Positions 49,460 through 62,121 of a stretch of 64,000 nt of DNA are shown here, in pieces (positions within the stretch are counted from its first letter, which is position 1; every line of letters begins with the position of its first letter). This DNA comes from Nibricoccus sp. (GTDB taxonomy: Bacteria > Verrucomicrobiota > Verrucomicrobiia > Opitutales > Opitutaceae): assembly GCA_047602425.1 (NCBI GenBank), contig JASGHG010000001.1, forward strand, positions 4,096,001 to 4,160,000, written 5' to 3'. Both the position numbers and the translations under genes were made by a program. The notes below the pieces were generated by a model that did not search any database, was not told where the DNA came from, and saw only the letters and a program-made list of their open reading frames with translations.

Positions 49460-49906
49460 ATGAATCTTCAACCCTCGGAAGAAGCGTATTCCGGAGCGGA
49501 CACTGAATGGCGTAGCCCGCGGCCCAAGGTTTTGGTGGTGGACGATGAACCCCTCGTATTGTCGGCAGTTTTTGAAATGCTTGAGCGGTCTGGTTATCAC
49601 GTGGTGTCGGCGCGGTCGGCCGAGGAAGCGGTGGCGAAAATGCTGTTTGAACGATTCGATATTGTACTGACCGATTACCGGCTGGGCGCGAAAGGGGGAG
49701 ATTTTGTGGCGTTGACGGCGCGACAATCCATTCCACCGCTTCCCGTGGTCATTATGACGGGTCTGATCGAGGAATTGCCGGAATGGCTCCGCGGCGGATC
49801 GTTGTCGGTGCCGATCATCCGCAAGCCCTTTCGGCTGGCCGATCTCCTCATGGTGCTGGACTGTGCAATAATGGAGACGGAAGTCGCCGCGTCGCTTCCC
49901 AACTAA
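49460..49906 (+). CDS. Single-domain response regulator (receiver only)
   Basis: KVLVVDDE, FDIVLTDY, VVIMTG, RKPF; start uncertain (49430 or 49460). Confidence 0.85.
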   Translation: MNLQPSEEAYSGADTEWRSPRPKVLVVDDEPLVLSAVFEMLERSGYHVVSARSAEEAVAKMLFERFDIVLTDYRLGAKGGDFVALTARQSIPPLPVVIMTGLIEELPEWLRGGSLSVPIIRKPFRLADLLMVLDCAIMETEVAASLPN

Positions 49907-50004
49907 GCGGAATTATAAGGCCCGCCCAGGACAACAGTTCTGTACCGTAGCTAAACATCATCGTTCTAGTTGCAAGGCATGTGCGGATTTTAGTCCTAGC
50001 AGAT

Positions 50005-50031
50005 AGTTTGTAGTCTATTAAATGACAAATT
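50005..50031. repeat. TTGTCAT-CTATTA-ATGACAA palindrome family, copy 3 (degenerate)
   Basis: AGTTTGTAGTCTATTAAATGACAAATT. Confidence 0.65.
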
Positions 50032-50132
50032 GGCTGGGGACGCCCGAAGGATGGGTGTGGCCACAAAAAAGCCAGCGAGAGCACTCGCTGGCTTGGAAAG
50101 GGAGGCAGAGCCTCAATCAGGAATCGGTGCGA

Positions 50133-51587
50133 TTAGAGATCGGTGATGGGTTTGTATACCGGGACGAGCGATTTCATGATCGTCCAGCCGATCAGATAAG
50201 CGACGGCGCAGATGCAGAAGATGATGAAGTAACCGGCTTCGCGGCCGTGGAATCCCATCAATGTCATTCCCGTGTTGTGAGCGTGATCGAAAAGGACGCC
50301 CGAACCTTTGTTAATGATAAACGAGCCCACGCCGCCGGCCATGCCGCCGAAGCCGGTGATGGTGGCGATCGCTTTCCGCGGGAACATGTCGCCGACGGTC
50401 GAGAAGATGTTTGCGGACCACGCTTGATGCGCGGCACAAGCGATGCCGATAATGATAATCGGGAGCCAGTAGGTGTGTTTACCGAGGGGTTGGGCGAAAA
50501 CCGCAACCAACGGAATGAAGGCAAAAATCAACATGGCCTTCATACGGCCGGCATAAGGATTCATGCCCTTTTTAACCACGAAGTAGGAGGGCAGCCAACC
50601 GCCGATGATGGAGAGCAGGGTGATCGCATAGAGAACGAAAACGGCGAATTGGCCTTTGGGATCGGACGACTTGATGCCATACACAGAACTGAGATACGCG
50701 GGAGTCCAGAAGAGGAAAAACCACCACACGCCATCGGTCATGAATTTGCCGACCGCGAACGCCCATGTCTGACGGTATTTCAAGCAGGCGGCGAACGACA
50801 TGCGGTCGTGAGTTGCGTTGCCGGAGGCGGCCTGCACGGCGGCGTCGGTGGCGTGATCTTGTTGGATGTAGGCGAGCTCCGCGGCATTCACACTGGGATG
50901 CTGGTTGGGCTTTTTGTACATGAAGATCCAGAAGCCCATCCAAAGAAAGCCGAGCGCACCGATGATAATAAACGAGGCTTCCCAGCCGTAAGCTGCGGCG
51001 AGCCGAGGAATCGTGATCGGCGCGGCAAGGGCGCCGACGGTGGCACCAGCGTTGAAGATACTGGTCGAGAACGCGCGGTCTTTCTTGGGGAAGTATTCCG
51101 CCGTGGCCTTGATGGCGGCCGGGAAGTTGCCGGCTTCGCCAACGGCGAGCACGAAGCGTGCGAAAATAAAGAGCGCGACGCTAACCGAGGCGATCCGAGC
51201 GACATTGTCGACTCCGCCGATAATGTGGCGGGCTTGCTCAAAACCGACGAACCATTCGCCAGCGAGAATACCCGAAGTGGCGATGCCGCAATAGGCGTGC
51301 AAGCAGGCGCCGATCGACCAGATACCAATGGCCCAGAGGAAACCTTTTTTGGTGTCCATCCAGTCAACGAAACGGCCGGCGAACGCCATGCTGATCGCAT
51401 AAAAAATCGAGAAGAGACCGGTGATCGTGCCGTAGTCGGAATCGGTCCAGTGGAATTCCGGAACGATGAAGTCCTTCCAGGTCAGGGAAAGTACCTGGCG
51501 ATCCAGATAGTTGATGGTTGTGGCGAAAAAGAGGAGTGAGCAGATATACCAACGGTAGTTGGTCTTCTTTTGGGTATCGGGTTGCAT
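50133..51587 (-). CDS. exuT: MFS hexuronate transporter (ExuT-like)
   Basis: YRW.I..LLFFATTINYLDRQ, GEAGNFP, HQAWSANI; downstream of pectinase gene. Confidence 0.85.
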   Translation of the reverse strand: MQPDTQKKTNYRWYICSLLFFATTINYLDRQVLSLTWKDFIVPEFHWTDSDYGTITGLFSIFYAISMAFAGRFVDWMDTKKGFLWAIGIWSIGACLHAYCGIATSGILAGEWFVGFEQARHIIGGVDNVARIASVSVALFIFARFVLAVGEAGNFPAAIKATAEYFPKKDRAFSTSIFNAGATVGALAAPITIPRLAAAYGWEASFIIIGALGFLWMGFWIFMYKKPNQHPSVNAAELAYIQQDHATDAAVQAASGNATHDRMSFAACLKYRQTWAFAVGKFMTDGVWWFFLFWTPAYLSSVYGIKSSDPKGQFAVFVLYAITLLSIIGGWLPSYFVVKKGMNPYAGRMKAMLIFAFIPLVAVFAQPLGKHTYWLPIIIIGIACAAHQAWSANIFSTVGDMFPRKAIATITGFGGMAGGVGSFIINKGSGVLFDHAHNTGMTLMGFHGREAGYFIIFCICAVAYLIGWTIMKSLVPVYKPITDL

Positions 51588-51646
51588 GGATTATCGGATT
51601 TTGAGGGAGGCGGTCGGTTGGGGGAGATGATGCGTTTGGGGAGGCG

Positions 51647-54172
51647 TTATGGTTGGGATTTTTTTTCAACCTTCACGTTAATTCGTTCGAGGCCCTCGAC
51701 GTTCTTGACGATATCATCCCCTTCAACGCCGGCGAAAGAGCAGTTAATAAGGCGGATGTTTTTGACGGGGGACTTTTCGAAGCCTTGCAAATTGAGCACA
51801 CGGGGCGACGAAGTGCCGGTGACGTTTTCGACTTCGACATTGCGGACCTGCGGGAGCCAGGGACCTTTGGCGCCTTCCTCGTAGTTGAAGTCGACGATCA
51901 CGACGGACTTGGCGACCCGGCCGACCTGGACGTTGCGGAAATAAACGTCCTCGATGTAGGCGCCGCGCACGGCGTTGGTCTTGAGGCGGAGCGCGTGATC
52001 GAGCTGGGGGCTGTCCATGCGGCAGTTTTCGGTGAAGACGTTTCGGCAGCCGCCGGAGATTTCACTGCCGATCACGGTGCCGCCGTGGCCATCTTTCATG
52101 ACACAATCGCGAATGATGAGATTTTCCGACGGCATGAGCAGACGGCGTCCGTCGTTGTTGCGGCCGGACTTGATGGCGATGCAATCGTCACCGGTATCGA
52201 AGGTGGTTTTTTCGATCAGGACATCGCGGCAGGATTCGGGGTCGCAACCATCGTTATTGGAGCCGTGGCTGACGATCGTGAGCCCGCGCACGGTGACGTT
52301 GGTGCAAAGCACCGGGTGGACTTCCCACATGGGCGAACGGTTGATGGTCACGCCCTCGATGAGAACGTTTTTGCAGCGGTAGGGCTGGATGAAATTGGGC
52401 CGAAGGTAACTGCCTTCGCCGAAGACACGCTCCGAGACGGGAATATTTTTGGCGGCCATTTCGACGAGCTTGTTGCGGGCCTCATTTTGCAGACTCGGTT
52501 TGCCGGTTTTGGATTGTTTAAGATTCCAGCTCCACCAGGTCTCGGTCGTGGCACCGCCGTCGAGCGTGCCCTTGCCGGTCACAGCGATGTTTTCCTGACC
52601 GTAGGCATAAATGAGCGCGGAGTGGCTCATGAGCTCGGTGCCTTCCCAGCGGGTGAGGACGACGGGATACTTGGACGTGTCGAAGCTGAATTGCAGCGTG
52701 GCTCCCTCGGAGACGTGGAGATTGACGTTGCTCTTGAGGTGAATTGCGCCGGTGACGAACACGCCCTTAGGAACAACAACGCGGCCGCCGCCGGCCTTGT
52801 TACAAGCCTCGATGGCCTTCGCGATGGCAGCGGTGCTGTCGGAGGTTCCATCGGTGGGCGCTCCGAATTCGGTGATAAGGAAATCGCGGGCGGGGAAGAC
52901 CGGATCCTTGATGCGGCTGAGGATGCCTGCGACCTTGGCCCAGCCGGTCGGTTCGAGCTTGAAAAGTTTTTCCAGTTCGATGCCGGCGAGGATGAAGGGG
53001 CCGACACCTTTGAGATCGTTCGAGATGACGTTTTCGCTTACGTAGTACTCGAAGGTTCCAGGACGGTCGGCGCTGAGGCCGGCGACCTCGCAGCATTGGT
53101 TGAGATTAGTTAAACCGTCTTTGCCGGTGGAAATCAGTTTGGCAATGAGGCTCGTGTAGGCCTTGCGGATGGCTGGCACATAACTTTCGGGGAGGTAGCC
53201 CTGGTTCACGCCCTTGGCGAAGCTGTAGATGAACATCGAGGAGCAGGTGGCTTCGAGGTAGTTGCCCTTGCGTTTGCCCTGGTCCATGACCTGGTACCAA
53301 AGACCGGTTTCGGGATCGGCGTGTTTAAAAACGCCCTCGGCCAGTTGGTTGAAGATGGCGATGAGTTCGGGACGGCGCGGATGGTCGACGGGATAGCAAT
53401 CGAGCGCGTCGACAATGCCCATGGCGTACCAACCGATGGCGCGGCCCCAGAAATTGGGGGACTGGCCGGTTTCCTTGTTGGCCCAGTTTTGGACCTTTTT
53501 TTCGTCCCAACCGTGATAAAAGAGTCCGGTTTTTGCGTCGTAGGTGTGTTTGGCTACCGTCGTAATGTGAAGGGCGATGTCGTCGAAGGCGGCGGGATCG
53601 TTGAAACGCAGGGCGTATTCGGAATAAAACGGCTGCGCCATGTAGAGACCGTCGAGCCACATTTGCCACGGGTAACGTTTTTTGTGCCAGAAACCGCCCT
53701 CGCTGGTGCGCGGATGAGTCGCAAGCTGGGAGCGGAGCAGGGCGGCGGCTTTGCGATAGCGTTCATCGCCGGTCAGGCTGTAAAGACGAAGGATGGCTTT
53801 GCCGGGAGCGACATGGTCGATATTGTAGGTTTCGACTTGGTATTTATGGATCGTGCCGTCGTTTTTGACGAAAGAACCGATGAGTTTTTCGACGAACGGC
53901 TGATATTGTTCGGCGCTGAGGCGTTCATCGAGTTTGAGCAAAGAGTAGGCGAGGAGGCCGCTGGTGTAGTCCCACTTTGCACCCTTTTCACCGCGGTAAA
54001 ACAAGGAGTCGCCGGAACGTTTGACCTCGGAATCGGCCATGCGAACGGACCATTGGAGAGGGGAGACACCGCCAAAGTCCTGCAACGGGTCGGCGCCGCG
54101 CAGCAAACTGGCCAGGGTAAAAAGGCTGCTGAACGTCAGCAGATATTTTGTTTTTAACGGGTTACGGATCAT
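51647..54172 (-). CDS. GH105 unsaturated rhamnogalacturonyl hydrolase fused to GH28 polygalacturonase-like domain
   Basis: N-half WDY, GGFWHK..YP.QMWLDGLYM, YHGWDE, FWGRAIGW; C-half GAIHLKSNV, NNDGCDPES, GDDCIAIKSG, HGG..IGSE. Confidence 0.92.
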   Translation of the reverse strand: MIRNPLKTKYLLTFSSLFTLASLLRGADPLQDFGGVSPLQWSVRMADSEVKRSGDSLFYRGEKGAKWDYTSGLLAYSLLKLDERLSAEQYQPFVEKLIGSFVKNDGTIHKYQVETYNIDHVAPGKAILRLYSLTGDERYRKAAALLRSQLATHPRTSEGGFWHKKRYPWQMWLDGLYMAQPFYSEYALRFNDPAAFDDIALHITTVAKHTYDAKTGLFYHGWDEKKVQNWANKETGQSPNFWGRAIGWYAMGIVDALDCYPVDHPRRPELIAIFNQLAEGVFKHADPETGLWYQVMDQGKRKGNYLEATCSSMFIYSFAKGVNQGYLPESYVPAIRKAYTSLIAKLISTGKDGLTNLNQCCEVAGLSADRPGTFEYYVSENVISNDLKGVGPFILAGIELEKLFKLEPTGWAKVAGILSRIKDPVFPARDFLITEFGAPTDGTSDSTAAIAKAIEACNKAGGGRVVVPKGVFVTGAIHLKSNVNLHVSEGATLQFSFDTSKYPVVLTRWEGTELMSHSALIYAYGQENIAVTGKGTLDGGATTETWWSWNLKQSKTGKPSLQNEARNKLVEMAAKNIPVSERVFGEGSYLRPNFIQPYRCKNVLIEGVTINRSPMWEVHPVLCTNVTVRGLTIVSHGSNNDGCDPESCRDVLIEKTTFDTGDDCIAIKSGRNNDGRRLLMPSENLIIRDCVMKDGHGGTVIGSEISGGCRNVFTENCRMDSPQLDHALRLKTNAVRGAYIEDVYFRNVQVGRVAKSVVIVDFNYEEGAKGPWLPQVRNVEVENVTGTSSPRVLNLQGFEKSPVKNIRLINCSFAGVEGDDIVKNVEGLERINVKVEKKSQP

Positions 54173-54433
54173 TTGGGGGTGTGACGGTGGTGATGGTACA
54201 AACTACCGGGCAAGACGTCGTCGCTGGGGAAACCGTTTCAGCCAACAAAGTCTAATTCGCGGTTCGTGCGGGAGAACTACTTTACGCGAAAGGAGAAACT
54301 TCGTTGACCCCGGGACTACGATTTGGGGAAGCTGTGTGATCGAAAGGTTCGTTGGTAGCCTATAAAAGGATTCCGTCAACTTTAAGATACGTGTCCGCAG
54401 AAATCGTTTTGTTCTTTTCCGCCCCCTAGTCCG

Positions 54434-55492
54434 GTGAGTATCTCCCAGCCCAAAAAAACTACCCCACAAATCCGCTCTTCGACCGAGTTTGCCCGCTATG
54501 TCGGCCTTGCTCGGACGACGGTCTCTCGCGTGCTTAACGGCCAGCCCGGCCTCAAGCCCAAGACCATCGAGCGTGTACGCCGCGCAATCGAGGAAACCGG
54601 TTTCGTGCCGAACGCCTATGCCCTTCATCTCAAGGGCAAACGCACCGCCACGATCGGCATCTGCGTGGAAAATCTTCTTACGCCGCCCGTCGTGCGCAAA
54701 CTCGCCGCCCTCCAGCATCAGTTGCGCGAGAAAAATTACACGTCACTGATCGAGGTGATCGAGGCCGGCCATGGCGACAAAGTGATCCGTCACTTCCTAT
54801 CCATGCGCGTCGAGGCCGTGGTCTTCATCGGGCATTTCAACGAAGACGAACTCACCCGCCACATTGCTGAGCTCGTCCAGCGCGAGACGCCGCACCTGAT
54901 CATCGACCATTTCGGTATCAAAGGAGCGAATACCGTGACGCTGGATCGTCCGCGCGCCATGCAGATGGTGATGGATCACCTATTCGACCTTGGCCACCGC
55001 CGCTTCGGACTCCTGGCCTTTAACAGTCAGGCGCGCAGCGTGCGCGACCGCCTGCGGGCCACTCAGGAGGCCTTGCTCGCCCGTGGTTTGGTGCTGGAGC
55101 AGGCTATCGAGATGTTCGACGGTGCTTTTCCGCGCACCAACGACTTTGAAGAAGGTCGACGCATCGCCCGCACCGCCGTGGAGCGCGGTAATCTTCCCAC
55201 CGCTTTCATCGCCGTGAACGACGAAGTTGCCATCGGCGCCATGCGTGGTTTGCAGGAAACGGGCGTCCGCGTGCCCGAGGATGTTTCGATCGCCGGTTTC
55301 AACAACCTCGACGTCTGCCTGATGCCCACGCCCGCCCTTACCAGTGTCGATCAACGCATTGAGGAAACGGTGCAATTGGCCGTCGAGGCGCTGTTGCCTC
55401 AACTCGGCCAACCGCCGGCGGCAAAAGCCTCGGTGAAAATGATCGAACCTTTGCTGGTCGTCCGCGGTTCGACCGCGCCGGCGAAAACCTAA
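54434..55492 (+). CDS. LacI-family transcriptional regulator
   Basis: TTVSRVLNG HTH, PNAYA hinge, NDEVAIG, VPEDVSIAGF, LTSVDQ, LVVRGST. Confidence 0.92.
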   Translation: MSISQPKKTTPQIRSSTEFARYVGLARTTVSRVLNGQPGLKPKTIERVRRAIEETGFVPNAYALHLKGKRTATIGICVENLLTPPVVRKLAALQHQLREKNYTSLIEVIEAGHGDKVIRHFLSMRVEAVVFIGHFNEDELTRHIAELVQRETPHLIIDHFGIKGANTVTLDRPRAMQMVMDHLFDLGHRRFGLLAFNSQARSVRDRLRATQEALLARGLVLEQAIEMFDGAFPRTNDFEEGRRIARTAVERGNLPTAFIAVNDEVAIGAMRGLQETGVRVPEDVSIAGFNNLDVCLMPTPALTSVDQRIEETVQLAVEALLPQLGQPPAAKASVKMIEPLLVVRGSTAPAKT

Positions 55493-55512
55493 AACTCGCC
55501 CCTAGGCGGTTT

Positions 55513-55809
55513 ATGGAGATAGCCGATTTCGCAAGGATTACTTACAATGTGCTCGATGGTACGCCCTTCGACGACTACATCCCAACGTTATGCCTGCCCG
55601 CGCAAAGTAAGCTACTGGCTCTTGAGGGCATTCCGAAAGAAGAAGCGAATGTCAGGGAGATTGTCTTTGATTGGGCGTGTAGAACCGCAGTTAACGGAGA
55701 AGAGTTTCTCGTCGCGTTCCGAGATGGCACGGCGCACTTTCGGATTATTCGGCGTTTTGAAGGAGAAATTCGTGAGGCCTTATATCCGGCGAAAAGACCC
55801 AAATCCTGA
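55513..55809 (+). CDS. Small hypothetical protein
   Basis: 98-aa ATG ORF filling the gap, lower GC, globular composition. Confidence 0.6.
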   Translation: MEIADFARITYNVLDGTPFDDYIPTLCLPAQSKLLALEGIPKEEANVREIVFDWACRTAVNGEEFLVAFRDGTAHFRIIRRFEGEIREALYPAKRPKS

Positions 55810-55909
55810 AAGTGGTTGGTGAGTGACGAGTTGATGGCTAAGCACTAGGTCAAATCTCCGCGCTTGCGCTTTTCGCGGGCTTCCCGACAGACTCGCGACC
55901 AAATTTCCT

Positions 55910-57238
55910 ATGAAGCAACGCACTCTCGCGAGAGAGGTCTCTGTCCAAGGCACCGGTCTCCACACCGGTGAATCTGTCACTCTCACCATGAAGCCGGCGC
56001 CCACGGGCCACGGCATCGTGTTCAAACGCGTCGATCTCAGCGGCCAGCCCGAGATCAAGCCGCGCGTCGACATGATCACCGACCTCGTTCGCAACACCGC
56101 GATCACCTCCGGTCACGCGAAGCTCAACCAAGTCGAACACGTCCTCAGCGCCCTCCACGGCTGCGGCATCGACAACGTCACGATCGAGATCAACGCCAAC
56201 GAGCCGCCCGTGCTCGATGGCTCGGCGAAGTCCTTCGTCGACATGATCATCAAGGGCGAGCCCGTCGAACAGGACAAGGAACGCGAATATTTTGTCCTCG
56301 AAGAAGCCGTTTCCGTCACCGACGGCAATCGCTCCATCATCGCGCTGCCCTGCGACACGCTCCGCATTTCCTGCACGTCGGCCGACGACCGCGGCATCCA
56401 CACCCAGCATCTGTCGATCGACATCGATCCCGACACTTACATGACGCAGATCGCCGCATCGCGCACCTTCACCGTTTACGAGGACATCGAGCACCTCGTG
56501 AAAATGGGCAAGATTAAGGGCGGCAGCCTCGACTGCGCCGTCGTGATCAAAGGCGACAAAATCCTCTCCAAGGAACCGCTCCGCTTCCCCGACGAGTTCG
56601 TTCGCCACAAGATCCTCGATATTATTGGCGATATCATGTTGCTCGGTCTTCCGGTCAAAGCCCACATCATCGCCGTGCGCCCTGGCCACGCGATCAATTC
56701 GCAGCTCACCAAGAAGCTCGCGGAAAAACTCGAAGAGAAGAAAAAAGGCCCGAAGAAAAAGCCGCGCCCTGCGCACGTCCTCCCGACCGAGACGTCGCTC
56801 GACATCCGCCGCGTGCTCGACACGCTGCCGCACCGTTATCCCTTTGTGATGGTTGACCGCGTGGTCGAATTCATCGGCGCTGAGGAACTCGTCGCGATCA
56901 AGAACGTGACGATCAACGAACCGTATTTCGTCGGCCATTTCCCGGGTGAACCCGTCATGCCCGGCGTGCTCCAGATCGAAGCGATGGCGCAGGCGGCCGG
57001 CATTCTGATGCTCCGCAAAATTTCCAGCGAAGGAAAACGCGCGTTCTTCATGAGCTGCGACAAGGTCAAATTCCGCAAGGCCGTTCGTCCCGGTGACCAA
57101 CTCGTGATCAACGCCAAGCTCACCAAGAGCCGTGGCAACAAGATTGGCGTCGCCGAGTGCAACTGCACCGTCGACGGCATGCTCGTTTCTTCCGCCGAAC
57201 TCATGTTCGCCGTGATGGACGAGGGCGACGAAGCCTGA
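55910..57238 (+). CDS. lpxC: Bifunctional LpxC deacetylase / FabZ dehydratase
   Basis: QRTL..G.GLHTG, VEH.LSAL, E.P.LDGSA, RHKILD; then [25 protein letters not shown]. Confidence 0.96.
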   Translation: MKQRTLAREVSVQGTGLHTGESVTLTMKPAPTGHGIVFKRVDLSGQPEIKPRVDMITDLVRNTAITSGHAKLNQVEHVLSALHGCGIDNVTIEINANEPPVLDGSAKSFVDMIIKGEPVEQDKEREYFVLEEAVSVTDGNRSIIALPCDTLRISCTSADDRGIHTQHLSIDIDPDTYMTQIAASRTFTVYEDIEHLVKMGKIKGGSLDCAVVIKGDKILSKEPLRFPDEFVRHKILDIIGDIMLLGLPVKAHIIAVRPGHAINSQLTKKLAEKLEEKKKGPKKKPRPAHVLPTETSLDIRRVLDTLPHRYPFVMVDRVVEFIGAEELVAIKNVTINEPYFVGHFPGEPVMPGVLQIEAMAQAAGILMLRKISSEGKRAFFMSCDKVKFRKAVRPGDQLVINAKLTKSRGNKIGVAECNCTVDGMLVSSAELMFAVMDEGDEA

Positions 57239-57248
57239 CCTCAACGCC

Positions 57249-58034
57249 ATGGGCGCAAACATCCATCCCACCGCATACGTCGACAAAACCGCCGTGCTCG
57301 GCGAAGGCGTCGAAATCGGCCCGCTCGCCTACGTCGGCCCCGGCGTGAAGCTCGGCGACCGAACCAAGCTGCATCACCACGCCGCTGTCGAGGGCAATAC
57401 CGAGCTCGGACGCGAGTGCGAGGTTTTTGCCTTCGCCAACATCGGCGGCAAAACGCAGGACTTGAAGTACAAGGGAGGCAACCCCGGTGTGCGCATCGGC
57501 GACCGCAACGTTTTCCGCGAGTACGTCACGGTACACAGCGCGACCTTCGACGGCGACCACACCGTAATTGGCTCTGACAACTTGTTTCTCGCCTACACGC
57601 ACATCGCCCACGAGTGCGTGCTAGGAAATCACATCATCATGAGCAACTACGCTGGTCTCGCCGGCCACGTGCATGTGGAAGATCACGCGTTGATCGCCGC
57701 GTACGGTGGTGTGCATCAGTTTTGCCGCATCGGCAAACATGCGATGATTGGCGGTTGCGCCAAGGTCGTGCAGGACGTTCCTCCATTTTTCATCATCGAC
57801 GGTTCACCCGCGACCGTGCGCACGATCAACAAAGTCGGCCTCGAACGCCATGGCTATACGCCCGAGCAGATGAACAACATCCGCCAGATCTTTCGCATCC
57901 TCTATCGCGACGGTCTCAACCGCTCGCAGGCAATGGAAAAACTCCTCGCGCATCCCGCGGTGAGCTCGGCGGAGTTCCAGCACATGATCGCGTTCATCAA
58001 CAAGAGCGAACGCGGCCTGGCCCCGGCGAATTGA
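57249..58034 (+). CDS. lpxA: UDP-N-acetylglucosamine acyltransferase
   Basis: IHPTA, QDLKY, HIAHEC, LAGHV, VHQFCRIG, DVPPF hexapeptide repeats. Confidence 0.96.
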   Translation: MGANIHPTAYVDKTAVLGEGVEIGPLAYVGPGVKLGDRTKLHHHAAVEGNTELGRECEVFAFANIGGKTQDLKYKGGNPGVRIGDRNVFREYVTVHSATFDGDHTVIGSDNLFLAYTHIAHECVLGNHIIMSNYAGLAGHVHVEDHALIAAYGGVHQFCRIGKHAMIGGCAKVVQDVPPFFIIDGSPATVRTINKVGLERHGYTPEQMNNIRQIFRILYRDGLNRSQAMEKLLAHPAVSSAEFQHMIAFINKSERGLAPAN

Positions 58035-58044
58035 AATAGGAGAG

Positions 58045-58132
58045 GCGATGGGTTTGAGGTCATGGGTTATGGGGAGAAATAAATCGTGTTTCCGCTCCCA
58101 TCACCTATCACCCATGACCTATAACCGATAAC
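58045..58132. repeat. Inverted pair of degenerate heptamer tandem repeats (GTYATGG)n ... (CCATRAC)n
   Basis: Four units at 58045-58072 and five complementary units at 58098-58132 between convergent lpxA and hisI. Confidence 0.75.
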
Positions 58133-58597
58133 TTACTTCTTCTTATACACCGTGGCTGGGTCGAAAAGGCGTTCGGACGTGTAGGCGAGCTTGAAGCTCG
58201 TGCCGGCGGCGGCTTCGTCGAGGTTTTCGAGTTTGCGGTAGAAGCAGGATTTGTAGCCGTTGTGGCAGGAGGCGTTGGCGCTGCCGGTTTGTTCGACTTT
58301 GATGAGGAGCACGTCTTGGTCGCAATCGGTGTAGAGTTCTTTCACCCATTGGACGTTGCCGGACTCTTCGCCTTTTACCCAGAGCTTGTTGCGCGAACGG
58401 CTCCAGTAGGTGGCTTTTTTCGTCTTCAACGTGTGCCCGAGCGACTCGGCGTTCATGAAGGCGAACATCAACACCTGGCCTGTGGCGACATCTTGCGTGA
58501 TGCAAGGGATGAGGCCGTCAGCGCCGAATTTCGGTTGGAGCGTAGTGCCGAGTTCGATCTCGGATCGTGTTCGTGCGGGCGGGGAATGACATGCCAC
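58133..58597 (-). CDS. hisI: Phosphoribosyl-AMP cyclohydrolase
   Basis: [41 protein letters not shown]; start uncertain. Confidence 0.93.
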   Translation of the reverse strand: MACHSPPARTRSEIELGTTLQPKFGADGLIPCITQDVATGQVLMFAFMNAESLGHTLKTKKATYWSRSRNKLWVKGEESGNVQWVKELYTDCDQDVLLIKVEQTGSANASCHNGYKSCFYRKLENLDEAAAGTSFKLAYTSERLFDPATVYKKK

Positions 58598-58698
58598 GAA
58601 TCACGCCGCCTCGCCGGGTGATGACAATCCAGAAAACGCCCGTGCTACTGTACCGTCACACGACGCCATTGCCTGTGCATCTCTTGAAGCGCCACCCG

Positions 58699-58745
58699 CG
58701 TGACAAACCGCTTGTCATCTATTAGATGACAAGCGGTTTGTCACG
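58699..58745. repeat. TTGTCAT-CTATTA-ATGACAA palindrome family, copy 4 (perfect 47-bp palindrome)
   Basis: CGTGACAAACCGCTTGTCATCTA-T-TAGATGACAAGCGGTTTGTCACG; related TTGTCACG-N5-CGTGACAA at 58784-58804. Confidence 0.85.
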
Positions 58746-58971
58746 GACGTGAAGTTCAAACGGGGACGTTCGCAGGGCTGAGTTTGTCACGTATTTCGTG
58801 ACAAGTGTTTGGGTCTACCTACGGGAAAAGGACGTTTTGGGGCGGAAGAGTAGTACGTGACAAACGTGTGGAGTCGGTATTCGCGTGGGCGTTTTTAAGG
58901 GCGCACGGGGGTGTCCAAGCACCGGCTTTTTTGGGGGTAGGCCTGTGCGGCTGTGCGCTTCCAGCATGGCG

Positions 58972-59280
58972 TTAGGTGGCTAGGCGGTCGGCGAGGGCGA
59001 GGAGGTACTCGTAACTGTAGAGACCGGTGCGGTGGCCGTCGCTGAAGTCGAAGCGGATCGCGTAGTTGCCGACTTGTTCCCAGCCAGTGACTTCGACGCC
59101 GGCGAAACTGGTGCGATCGCTGCCGCCGTGCAATTGGCCGAGGATGTCGCGTTCGCCACGCTGCTCCGCGCTGGGGGAGGCGGCGCGGAGTTTGTCGAAC
59201 GGAAAATAAGTCTCGGTGCCGTCGCTCCACGCGATGGCGACTTCATGTCCGATCAATTGGATGTTTCGCGGTGTTTGCAC
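58972..59280 (-). CDS. DUF971 / gamma-butyrobetaine hydroxylase-like N-terminal domain protein
   Basis: I.WSDG, LRAASPSAE, VGNYAIR..FSDGH.TGLYS..YL; GTG start 59280. Confidence 0.85.
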   Translation of the reverse strand: MQTPRNIQLIGHEVAIAWSDGTETYFPFDKLRAASPSAEQRGERDILGQLHGGSDRTSFAGVEVTGWEQVGNYAIRFDFSDGHRTGLYSYEYLLALADRLAT

Positions 59281-59385
59281 GGGCGGCAACGGTGCCCAGG
59301 TGCAGTCGTTTTGCAAGCGGAGTCAACCTAACTTATTGAGACGCTATAATATCAAGTGGCCGGCAAATGTGCCGATAGAAAGGAG

Positions 59386-61959
<2,574 letters not shown>

Positions 61960-62121
61960 CGGTCCCGCATTGCCTCGCAGGTGCGAGATGTTTTGTTCGG
62001 AGACATGGCTTCGTCTGCATCGCGGCGTAAAACCGCTCGTACAATTTGGCCGCAAGGCCGGGCTTATTCCAGGGGCTCTTTCCCTAAAATTTTCACCTTC
62101 CTATCGATCTAGTTAATCACC

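Noticed and set aside
50022..54157. Long plus-strand ORFs (505, 486, 278 aa) opposite exuT and GH105-GH28
   Set aside because: Antisense shadows typical of high-GC3 genes; the same applies to many alternate ORFs in the track.
55500..55820. Orphan 98-aa gene as another integron cassette
   Set aside because: Low GC and CTAGGC before the ATG are suggestive, but there is no GTT core or downstream inverse core and hairpin.
59345..59350. TATAAT upstream of the hybrid kinase as a full sigma70 promoter
   Set aside because: No -35 at 16-18 nt spacing and no extended -10 TG; insufficient alone.
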